DNA of 64,000 bases, taken from NCBI GenBank assembly GCA_002269645.1, contig NIVC01000662.1, positions 1-64,000 on the forward strand, read 5' to 3'. The position numbers and the translations under genes are program-made. Of the stretch, positions 26,026 to 38,000 are shown in pieces (within the stretch, counting starts at the first letter, position 1; every line of letters begins with the position of its first letter). Source of the DNA: Macrostomum lignano. Taxonomy: Eukaryota. Below the pieces are notes generated by a model, which saw only the letters and a program-made list of their open reading frames with translations, was not told where the DNA came from and did no database searches.

Positions 26026-29000
26026 ATGAGTAGTGCAGCGGAGCTCAATTCATCCTGCCCTGTTAGCGGTGGCGACGACTGGACTAATGGCGGTCAGCGC
26101 TGGTTGCCGCCCAATCATGACAGCCGGTGCACTTTTCGAATTGATAAGCCGGTCTGCGAATCGCCGCACTTGCATCAGAAGCGGTGAGTTGCGAGTGCAC
26201 ACTGTACTTTTTTGCGCTAAATGGGCTTTTAGTGGGTTTCAAACTACATATAAAAGTGTTTATCTGTAGAGGTCAGATCCCAGAAGTATTTTTTCTGTAG
26301 AGATGAGATTCCGGAAGTGTTTATTCTGTAGAGGATGAGACTCCAGAAGTGTTTATTCTGTTGAGATGAGACTCCAGAAGTGTTAATTCTGTAGAGGATG
26401 AGATTCCAGAAGTGTTTATTCTGTAGAGGATGAGATTCAAGAAGTGTTTATTCTGTAGAGGATGAGATTCAAGAAGTGTTTATTCTGTAGAGGGTGAGAC
26501 TCCAGAAGTGTTAATTCTGTAGGGGATGAGATTCCAGAAGTGTTTATTCTGTAGAGATGAAATTCCAGAAGTGTTTATTCTGTAGAGGATGAGACTCCAG
26601 AAGTGTTTATTCTGTAGAGATGAGATTCCGGAAGTGTTTATTCTGTAGAGATGAGATTCAAGAAGTGTTAATTCTGTAGAGGATGAGATTCCAGAAGTGT
26701 TAATTCTGTAGAGATGAGATTCCAGAAGTGTTTATTCTGTAGAGGATGAGACTCCAGAAGTGTTTATTCTGTAGAGATGAGATTCCGGAAGTGTTTATTC
26801 TGTAGAGATGAGATTCAAGAAGTGTTAATTCTGTAGAGGATGAGATTCCAGAAGTGTTTATTCTGTAGAGGATGAGATTCAAGAAGTGTTTATTCTGTAG
26901 ATGATGAGATTCCAGAAGTGTTTATTCTGTAGAGGATGAGATTCCAGAAGTGTTTTTTCTGTAGATGATGAGATTCCAGAAGTGTTTATTCTGTAAAGGA
27001 TGAGATTCAAGAAGTGTTTATTCTATAGATGATGAGATTCCAGAAGTGTTTATTCTGTAGAGAATGAGATTCAATAAGTGTTTATTCTGTAGAGGTTGAG
27101 ATTCCAGAAGTGTTTATTCTGTAAGGGTTGAGATTCCAGAAGTGTTTATTCTGTAAGGGTTGAGATTCCAGAAGTGTTTATTCTGTAGGGGGTGAGATTC
27201 CAGAAGTGTTTATTCTGTAGGGGGTGAGATTCCAGAAGTGTTGATTCTGTAGAGGTTGAGATTCCAGAAGTGTTGATTCTGTAGAGGTTGAGATTCCAGA
27301 AGTGTTTATTCTGTAGAGGTTGAGATTCCAGAAGTGTTGATTCTGTAGAGGTTGAGATTCCAGAAGTGTTGATTCTGTAGAGGTTGAGATTCCAGAAGTG
27401 TTTATTCTGTAGAGGTTGAGATTCCAGAAGTGTTTATTCTGTAGAGGTGAGATTCGAATGCTGCTTCCCAAACTCCCCGTCCCCCACTGTTCATTCCACG
27501 GCAGCAAGGAGCGGCCGAAGATTCTGCCCGACATACTGCATCACATTGGCAATACGCCTCTGGTCAGAGTTAACAATATCACTAAGGAGGAGGGCATCGA
27601 GTGCGAAATTTGTAAGCGTTTAATCTTGCTGAAGGACTATAATTGTGCGTGTATATTTTTAACATTGATTTTCAATAACTGCCACTTGCAGTAGTAAAAT
27701 GCGAATTTTTCAACGCCGGCGGATCAGTTAAAGATCGAATTGGGCTGCGCATGATTGAGGATGCCGAGAGGAGCGGCCGTTTAAAGCCTGGTGACGTGCT
27801 AATTGAGCCGACGTCTGGCAACACGGGTGAGTCTCCGCTCATGTACATTCCACTGCTGTTGATGTCCCCGCTCATGTACATTCCACTGCTGTGATGTCCC
27901 CGCTCATGTACATTCCACTGCTGTTGATGTCCCCGCTCATGTACATTCCACTGCTGTTGATGTCCCCGCTCATGTACATTCCACTGCTGTGATGTCCCCG
28001 CTCATGTACATTCCACTGCTGTAATGTCCCCGCTCATGTACATTCCACTGCTGTGATGTCCCCGCTCATGTACATTCCACTGCTGTAATGTCCCCGCTCA
28101 TGTACATTCCACTGCTGTGATGCCCCTGTTCCCAGCACATTCTACTGCTGTGATGCCCCTGTATTGCATATAGGTATAAAGGTGGTTGTAGCCTAGTGGT
28201 TAGAGCGTCGGATTCACGACTTGAAGGTCGGGGGTTCGATTCCCGATCCTACTGGAATAATTTGTGTCTTTTAGCAAGACACTTAACTCTGCATTGCTTC
28301 AGTTCAGCTGTAAAATGGGTACCAGTGTTAGCTGGGGTAATTGAGTTGTGTGGCGACCCCCCAGTCCTTGGACTGAACAGCCGTACGCGGCCTTCAGATG
28401 CGCCGCCGCGCAATAGCTGCGGCTGAGCTGTCGGTTGCACAACTGGCAAATTAGGGCAGGTGTAATCAATTTTATTACATGCATTATTGTTATATAGTTA
28501 TGAACATTTTAAGAAATGAAGTCTACGAAATGTTGTGAGCGGTGCATTAAAATTAAGATTGTAGGTTAGCTGCTAATATAAAGGATTTGTTCTGAAACTA
28601 TACACGGCACGTAATAATAGAAGATTGATTGATTAAGTGGCGCCAATACTGTTCTCCGAGATTGAATGTCTATCCGCATACAATAGCTTGCATCATAAAA
28701 TATAATTACACTTGTAAACTTATGCATACCCCACTTTGCTAAGTCATCGGTGAGGTCATAAAAAGGGTTGCCGGTTACTAGAAGGTCACTCAGCACCTAT
28801 TAAGCCTTATTGTCTGGGGGGTTGCAAGACAATTGACTGCTGAAAATTTAGGTATAGGGTTAAGGTTTCGAATAGAGTTTAAGTTAAGTTAGGGTTAGGT
28901 TTTAGGTTAGAGTTATGGTTTCTAAGTTAGGGTTATGGTTTTTAGGTTCTGGTTATGGTTTTTAGGTTTGGGTTAGAGTTTCTAGGTTAGGGCTATGGTT

Positions 29001-32000
29001 TCTAGGTTAGGGTTATGGTTTCTAGGTTAGGGTTATGGTTTCTAGGTTAGGGTTATGGTTTCTAGGTTAGGGTTATGGTTTCTAGGTTAGAGTTGTGGTT
29101 TCTAGGTTAGGGTTACGGTTTCTAGGTTAGGGTTATGGTTTCTAGGTTAGGGTTATGGTTTCTAGGTTAGGGTTATGGTTTCTAGGTTGGGGTTATGGTT
29201 TCTAGGTTAGGGTTGTGGTTTCTAGGTTAGGGTTACGGTTTCTAGGTTAGGGTTATGGTTTCTAGGTTAGGGTTATTGTTTTCTAGGTTAGGGTTATGGT
29301 TTCTAGGTTAGGGTTATGGTTTCTAGGTTAGGGTTATTGTTTTCTAGGTTAGGGTTATGGTTTCTAGGTTAGGGTTATGGTTTCTAGGTTAGGGTTATGG
29401 TTTCTAAGTTAGAGTTATGGTTTAGGTTAGGGTTATGGTTTCTAGGTTGGGGTTATGGTTTCTAGGTTTGGGTTATGGTTTCTAGGTTATGGTTATGGTT
29501 TCTAGGTTAGGATTATGGTTTCTAGGTTAGGGTTATGGTTTCTAGGTTAGGGTTATGGTTTCTAGGTTAGGATTATGGTTTCTAGGTTAGGGTTATGGTT
29601 TCTAGGTTAGGGTTATGGTTTCTAGGTTAGGGTTATGGTTTCTAGGTTGGGGTTATGGTTTCTAGGTTAGGATTATGGTTTCTAGGTTTGGGTTATGGTT
29701 TCTAGGTTAGGATTATGGTTTCTAGGATAGGATTAGGGTTAGGATTTTGATTTTAAGGTTAGGTTTACTTTCAGTTTAAAATTAGGATTACTTAGGCACT
29801 TAGGTTGGGCATACAGTCATTTATCGGACATATCCGCACAAACTGTAATGATAATCTGTATTCTAATATTCAGCAAATTCTACAACCAGCTAATTAAGGG
29901 TCACGTGATTCGCCATTTATCGATACACAGTCATAATAACTGTCTTCTCTCTATTAACTTGCTAATGCTAGTTGTGTTTAAATAGTCAGTCATACGATTG
30001 TCTCGTCTTCCCCGCTGCTGCCGCCGCCGCCGCCGCCGCCGCCGTCGCAAACTCCGCTGTCGCAATTGTTGGCAAAGTGAACCTGCAGCTGCAATCCGCG
30101 TCTGGAGGCCACGGCAGATCGAACTGCTAGCGGAGGCCTGGGCATCTGCTGCTGCTGTTGAGAATCTTGACGCTGATCGGGCTGCGTCAGGTTGGACTCG
30201 CTGACGGCCGAGCGCACCCGCTGACCTCCGATGCTGCCGTGCAGCTGGCAGACCGCCGGCGACTCCCCACCCGGAAGTGAATCGAAGCCACCGGCTTGAC
30301 TGGAAATGTCGCTTGTCGGCGGGTGCGGATGCCGCCGCAGGTGGGGCACAGGCCGCCAGTGCTGCTGCAGCAGTCCTGCCTCCGCCGTTGTCTCTGCCGC
30401 TGCTGCCGCCTCTTCGCCGTGCTGCCGACTGGCAACGGTGAGGTGGCGGAAGCGGCCGTTGCTGCTGTCGCTGCTGCCGTGGCCGCCGCCGACGCGGAAG
30501 CGGCCGCTCGGGCAGTCCGCACCTGTGCCAGCCCGGCCAGCAGCAGCAGCAGCAGGGCGGCCGCTGACACGCCAGCGAAGGCTCTCATCAGAACGGCGGC
30601 GTCGTCAAATTCAATGCGGGACAGGTGCGGCGGCAGCGGCGGCCGATGGTTGGCCTCGCCGCCGCCCTGAAGTCCGCCGCTGGTCCCCGCGCCAGCCAGG
30701 CCGCCGCCTGCCCTGTTGACGCCTGTGCAGTAGTCAGTCCGGCAGTTGATCTCATAGGAGGTGTACTGTAACAAGCTGCTGGTATTGACCAGGTAGTTCA
30801 GGTGCAGATAATCAAGCGAGCACAGGGCGCCCGTAGCCGACGGCTCAGCGGCCAGCTCAGCCTGCTGCCTGTACACTATGCACATTCGGCGCACATAGCT
30901 TGGCGGCGACTTACACGGGACAGGGTAGCCCTTGCTGCCCGGCTCTACCGATCGGTCTCGGAATAGGCAGCTGAACTGCTCTCCGTTGTCATGGTTACCA
31001 ACAGTGCCAGCTTCGCGCTGCTGTTGCTGCATCTCCATCCGATCGTTACACATTGGCCGATCTCTGCAATACTTGATGGTCACATTGTACTCTGACGGGT
31101 TCGGCTGTCGTTTAGCGCATAGTCTGTGCAGCAACAATTGGCGACCGTGGGCGTCGATGTACATCAACGAGGCGCAGCCGTGCTGGCACAGTTGCGGACG
31201 GAACACCTCGGTGCGGTTGCAGCCGCCTAGGCGGTCGCATCGACCGGTTAGACAGGGCACGGCTGCTGTCGCTTCGGATTTGGCAGCGTCCTCGGCTGCA
31301 GCTGCCGACTTGATTATCGTGACTTGAGTAGTTCGCGCCGGCATGTGCGACAGCGCGGCCAGCAGCAGGACGGCTATTGGGGCTGGAAGATGTCCGCTCA
31401 TGCCTTGCTTGCTGCTTTGGGGCTCGTCTGCAGTGTTCAGTTATGGAGTTTGGCTCGGTTCTTGCTGCCCTATTCTTGCATCTGGCGTCCTGTGCTCTCA
31501 TCACCCAGTCTCTGCTACTCCCATCATCCTGTCTCTGCTACTCCCATCATCCTGTCTCTGCTACTCCCATCATCCTGTCTCTGCTACTCACACCATCCTG
31601 TCTCTGCTACTCCCACCATCCTGTCTCTGCTACTCCCATCATCCTGTCTCTGCTACTCCCACCATCCTGTCTCTTTTACTCCCATCATCCTGTCTCTGCT
31701 ACTCCCCTCACCCAGTCTCTGCTACTCCCATCATCCTGTCTCTTTTACTCCCATCACCCTGTCTCTGCTACTCCCATCATCCTGTCTCTTTTACTCCCAT
31801 CATCCTGTCTCTTTTACTCCCATCATCCTGTCTCTTTTACTCCCATCATCCTGTCTCTTTCACTCCCATCATCCTGTCTCTTTTACTCCCACCATCCTGT
31901 CTCTTTTACTCCCACCATCCTGTCTCTTTCACTCCCACCATCCTGTCTCTTTTACTCCCACCATCCTGTCTCTTTCACTCCCACCATCCTGTCTCTTTCA

Positions 32001-35000
32001 CTCCCACCATCCTGTCTCTTTTACTCCCACCATCCTGTCTCTTTCACTCCCACCATCCTGTCTCTTTTACTCCCACCATCCTGTCTCTTTCACTCCCACC
32101 ATCCTGTCTCTTTCACTCCCACCATCCTGTCTCTTTCACTCCCACCATCCTGTCTCTTTTACTCCCATCATCCTGTCTCTTTTACTCCCACCATCCTGTC
32201 TCTTTCACTCCCACCATCCTGTCTCTTTCACTCCCACCATCCTGTCTCTGCTACTCCCATCATCCTGTCTCTGCTACTCCCATCATCCTGTCTCTTTTAC
32301 CTTGTCTTTTACCTCCCATTATCTTGTCTTCTATATATTGATAATTATTGCAATAGTTGCTAAGGTCTATTATGAATACTTTTAGTATTTAACACACCGT
32401 GGCATTTAGCGCGTTGATTCACAGTTGTTTTTTTCACTAAAGGAGACGGGGCCTTTTTCGGTCCAACATTTATTTCTCTGTTGCATGCGATGGACTGGAT
32501 GAAAGGTGCTGATTAGGGTTGCAGTTCCGGGACTGTAGTCGACCCATGTGGTAGTGCTTGTGTGTTTTAGTGTGCCTACTACCTACCTCCAAGACCCCCC
32601 TCTTTCTCTTTCTCTCGGTTTTTTCTCAGTCCCTAGCCGACAATCGGAATGACTGATGATTGCCCTTATTCTAATGAATTATTAATTAGCTGATGAGGTG
32701 TGCGGCTAGCTAGTTGATTTTTTGCTACTATTGAGTTGGTTATATACGTACCTTGTAGGGTGTGCTGTTCTTTTTTTGTGAGCTGCTGCCGCGCACGCGA
32801 GGCGTTGTTACACGCCAAACTGTACTAGCTAGTAATACTAACTAACACGAGGGTTAGTCAGTAGCTGCGCCGGTTCATGTTTACTGTTTTCAGGGGTCAA
32901 CTAAGGGATGCAAAAAATGGCTGTAGGTGCCCCACTCCAAACAGAATAAACTGGGCCTGTAGGTGCCCCACTCCAAACAGAATAAACTGGGCCTGTAGGT
33001 GCCCCACTCCAAACAGAATAAACTGGGGCTGTAGGTGCCCCACTCCAAACAGAATAAACTGGGCCTGTAGGTGCCCCACTTGAAACAGAATAAACTGGAG
33101 CTGTAGTTGCCCCACCCCAAACAGAATAAACTGGGCCTGTAGGTGCCCCACTCCAAACAGAATAAACTGGGGCTGTAGGTGCCCCACTCCAAACAGAATA
33201 AACTGGAGCTGTAGGTGCCCCACTCCAAACAGAATAAACTGGGCCTGTAGGTGCCCCACCCCAAACAGAATAAACTGGGGCTGTAGGTGCCCCACTCCAA
33301 ACAGAATAAACTGGAGCTGTAGGTGCCCCACTCCAAACAGAATAAACTGGGCCTGTAGGTGCCCCACTCCAAACAGAATAAACTGGGCCTGTAGGTGCCC
33401 CACTCCAAACAGAATAAACTGGGCCTGTAGGTGCCCCACTCCAAACAGAATAAACTGGGGCTGTAGGTGCCCCACTCCAAACAGAATAAACTGGAGCTGT
33501 AGGTGCCCCACTCCAAACAGAATAAACTGGGCCTGTAGGTGCCCCACCCCAAACAGAATAAACTGGGGCTGTAGGTGCCCCACTCCAAACAGAATAAACT
33601 GGAGCTGTAGGTGCCCCACTCCAAACAGAATAAACTGGGCCTGTAGGTGCCCCACTCCAAACAGAATAAACTGGGCCTGTAGGTGCCCCACTCCAAACAG
33701 AATAAACTGGAGCTGTAGGTGCCCCACTCCAAACAGAATAAACTGGAGCTGTAGGTGCCCCACTCCAAACAGAATAAACTGGAGCTGTAGGTGCCCCACT
33801 CCAAACAGAATAAACTGGGCCTGTAGGTGCCCCACCCCAAACAGAATAAACTGGGCCTGTAGGTGCCCCACTCCAAACAGAATAAACTAGAGCTGTAGGT
33901 GCCCCACTCCAAACAGAATAAACTGGGCCTGTAGGTGCCCCACTCCAAACAGAATAAACTGGGACTGTAGGTGCGCCACCACAGAATAAACTGGGGCTGT
34001 AGGTGCCCCACTCCAAACAGAATAAACTGGGCCTGTAGGTGCCCCACTCCAAACAGAATAAACTGGGCCTGTAGGTGCCCCACTCCAAACAGAATAAACT
34101 GGGCCTGTAGGTGCCCCACTCCAAACAGAATAAACTGGGCCTGTAGGTGCCCCACTCCAAACAGAATAAACTGGGCCTGTAGGTGCCCCACTCCAAACAG
34201 AATAAACTGGGCCTGTAGGTGCCCCACTCCAAACAGAATAAACTGGGCCTGTAGGTGCCCCACTCCAAACAGAATAAACTGGGGCTGTAGGTGCCCCACT
34301 CCAAACAGAATAAACTGGGCCTGTAGGTGCCCCACTCCAAACAGAATAAACTGGGCCTGTAGGTGCCCCACTCCAAACAGAATAAACTGGGGCTGTAGGT
34401 GCCCCACCCCAAACAGAATAAACTGGGCCTGTAGGTGCCCCACTCCAAACAGAATAAACTGGAGCTGTAGGTGCCCCACTCCAAACAGAATAAACTGGAG
34501 CTGTAGGTGCCCCACTCCAAACAGAATAAACTGGGGCTGTAGGTGCCCCACTCCAAACAGAATAAACTGGAGCTGTAGGTGCCCCACTCCAAACAGAATA
34601 AACTGGGCCTGTAGGTGCCCCACCCCAAACAGAATAAACTGGGCCTGTAGGTGCCCCACCCCAAACAGAATAAACTGGGCCTGTAGGTGCCCCACTCCAA
34701 ACAGAATAAACTGGGCCTGTAGGTGCCCCACTCCAAACAGAATAAACTGGAGCTTCATACTCGTAAGTACAAGCACCTAAATACACAAGCAGGACTTACC
34801 AATGTGAATCGCTTCTTTATATATTGTTGATAAGTATTTAAAGCATTATAAAAATACTTTTCTAAGGTTGTTTTACGTCTGGCCGGCTAAAATGTAGAGC
34901 TTTGGTTCAGAGCAAAGTTAAAATGCTTATAGCATGCTATTCTGAGCAAAGCATGCATGGGTTTAGTACTACCAACTTATTAGCTAGTGGCTGAGCACTG

Positions 35001-38000
35001 CCCGCGGAGCAGATTCTGATTGGCTTACCAGATTGAAGATAGAAAAAAGGCAGATGGCAATGCCGCATAGTACTGTGGTGTGTATGCTCACGCCTAAGAA
35101 TTGATTGTCCTTCTGTGCCTCCATCTCTGTCTTCACCAGTTGATGAAGGCTTGGACCGCTGGGGGCTCTTGACGGATGAGGCGGGACGGGGTGGAGCAGA
35201 GTGAAGCTTAGGTTTAGTTTCAGCTCCTACCTCCTTGAGCAGTCTCCGGTCTTCAATGCCTGTTTGTCCGTTCATTTCTACCATCTCATCTTCTCACCTT
35301 ACTATCTGTTCGCGTATGCCTCATCAGGAACTGCTGGGTGCTGCTCTTGCAAATGGTGTCTAACTCATATACGACAGTAGTGCAGTAATGTGTCAGTAGC
35401 TAAGTAGAATGTTCAAGACTCACTGATTAAACATTTAACAGATGACATGAGCTGCACTATCAGGTGCTGTTTTCCATGGCTGCTGCTGTTCGTGACCAGA
35501 GTGGGCAATACAGTATTAAATTCTTCTATCTATCAATCATTGGTTCCCTCTATTGTCGCTAGATAGAAAATTGAATCAATCGCATTTTTACTGATTTCAT
35601 TTAAGCAGTGCCGGGGTCACTAGCTTCTGCTAGCTTCAGTGCCAAGGCAGTCCAATTTTGAGCATTTGATTTCATTTTAGTGAGTTCAATAGCTTCATTT
35701 ACTCATTATTTTGCCTGACAAGCGTGATTTTTGCCCGGCTGGCCCTAATGAAGCGAGGCGCAAAGTTTCTCACTTTATTGGCTTGTGTCTTGTTAGCTTC
35801 ACTTTGCCGACACGATTCAAGTTGACTGCATTAGAGACCTCCGGTTATTCTACAATTCAAGAGAAGAGACTTGGAGAGAGAAGAGAGGAGACAGATGAGA
35901 GATGAGAGAGGGAGGAGAGAAGAGTTTGGAGAGAAGGCAGGGGAGAGAAGAAATGGAGAGTAAGGGTCAGAAGGGGAGAGAAGGGGAGTGAAGAAAGTGA
36001 GCTGATTCGGTGTTAGAGCTTGTACGATGCCACACGGCCTAACTGTTGAAGAAGATACCAACCCAAGTGTTGAAAGCATTTGTGGTTTCTACACTGGATT
36101 ACGAGTAGGATTTTAGTCCCATTATATCCCATGCTTGTTGTCCCTGTCTCTCTGCCGTACGGGCTGAGCAAACACACCAGACTGTGCTAATATGTTCGCG
36201 CTGCAACTCTGAGCCCGGGCTTCCTAAACCATTTGGGACAGCACTCTCTTGCCTGCCTGTCAAATCCTGGCGTCTGCGATCCCTATAGGCCTCTTAGTTT
36301 TTGTTCCTGAACTCCCTGGCTTGCATTCTATCCCATCCCATCATTCCCCAAGGTGGTCTCCAGGTGAGGGTGTCATTGTCTTTTAACATCTAATGATCGC
36401 TACAGGTTGACATCTACCCGGGTATTGATTATTATGCTTTTTTTCTTCGTCGCTATTGGACAGAGTCAGTGTGTATTCTGAGCCTCTCTATCAGCAGTCG
36501 GATAGAGTCAGTGTGTATTCTGAGCCTCTCTATCAGCAGTCGGATAGAGTCAGTGTGTATTCTGAGCCTCTCTATCAGCAGTCGGATAGAGTCAGTGTGT
36601 ATTCTGAGCCTCTCTATCAGCAGTCGGATAGAGTCAGTGTGTATTCTGAGCCTCTCTATCAGCAGTCGGATAGAGTCAGTGTGTATTCTGAGCCTCTCTA
36701 TCAGCAGTCGGATAGAGTCAGCCTGTATTCTCAGCCTCTCTATCAGCAGTCGGATAGAGTCAGTGTGTATTCTGAGCCTCTCTATCAGCAGTCGGATAGA
36801 GTCAGCCTGTATTCTGAGCCTCTCTATCAGCAGTCGGATAGAGTCAGTGTGTATTCTGAGCCTCTCTATCAGCAGTCGGATAGAGTCAGCCTGTATTCTG
36901 AGCCTCTCTATCAGCAGTCGGATAGAGTCAGTGTGTATTCTGAGCCTCTCTATCAGCAGTCGGATAGAGTCAGTGTGTATTCTGAGCCTCTCTATCAGCA
37001 GTCGGACAGAGTCAGTGTGTATTCTGAGCCTCTCTATCAGCAGTCGGATAGAGTCAGTGTGTATTCTGAGCCTCTCTATCAGCAGTCGGATAGAGTCAGC
37101 CTGTATTCTGAGCCTCTCTATCAGCAGTCGGATAGAGTCAGTGTGTATTCTGAGCCTCTCTATCAGCAGTCGGATAGAGTCAGTGTGTATTCTGAGCCTC
37201 TCTATCAGCAGTCGGATAGAGTCAGCCTGTATTCTGAGCCTCTCTATCAGCAGTCGGATAGAGTCAGTGTGTATTCTGAGCCTCTCTATCAGCAGTCGGA
37301 TAGAGTCAGCCTGTATTCTGAGCCTCTCTATCAGCAGTCGGATAGAGTCAGTGTGTATTCTGAGCCTCTCTATCAGCAGTCGGATAGAGTCAGTGTGTAT
37401 TCTGAGCCTCTCTATCAGCAGTCGGATAGAGTCAGTGTGTATTCTGAGCCTCTCTATCAGCAGTCGGATAAAGTCAGTGTGTATTCTGAGCCTCTCTATC
37501 AGCAGTCGGATAGAGTCAGTGTGTATTCTGAGCCTCTCTATCAGCAGTCGGATAGAGTCAGTGTGTATTCTGAGCCTCTCTATCAGCAGTCGGATAGAGT
37601 CAGCCTGTATTCTCAGCCTCTCTATCAGCAGTCGGATAGAGTCAGTGTGTATTCTGAGCCTCTCTATCAGCAGTCGGATAGAGTCAGCCTGTATTCTGAG
37701 CCTCTCTATCAGCAGTCGGATAGAGTCAGTGTGTATTCTGAGCCTCTCTATCAGCAGTCGGATAGAGTCAGTGTGTATTCTGAGCCTCTCTATCAGCAGT
37801 CGGATAGAGTCAGTGTGTATTCTGAGCCTCTCTATCAGCAGTCGGATAGAGTCAGTGTGTATTCTGAGCCTCTCTATCAGCAGTCGGATAAAGTCAGTGT
37901 GTATTCTGGCATTCCCAGATATATCAGGAAATATATTATAGAGCAATTGTTTCAGAAATCGTAGCTTTAAAAAGGAGCAGTTCGTTGCAGCTTGTATCTA

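Noticed and set aside
26265-27455. Regularly spaced 30-42-bp repeats resembling CRISPR arrays
   Set aside because: Units are head-to-tail with no unique spacers, there are no cas genes, and the context is eukaryotic introns.
28181-28255. Possible tRNA-Val(CAC) gene
   Set aside because: A and B boxes are present but the acceptor and anticodon stems pair poorly, and the sequence runs straight into a CORE-like SINE body.
32890-37964. Very long ORFs (270-628 aa) on both strands at 32.9-34.8 kb and 36.4-38.0 kb
   Set aside because: They are translations of 36- and 42-bp minisatellites, open in several frames on both strands, inside a CBS intron and without splice or codon evidence. The same applies to ORFs at 8.6-9.1, 20.9-21.8, 23.2-24.0, 31.3-32.4, 42.1-42.6, 44.1-44.6, 56.0-57.6 and 61.5-62.8 kb.
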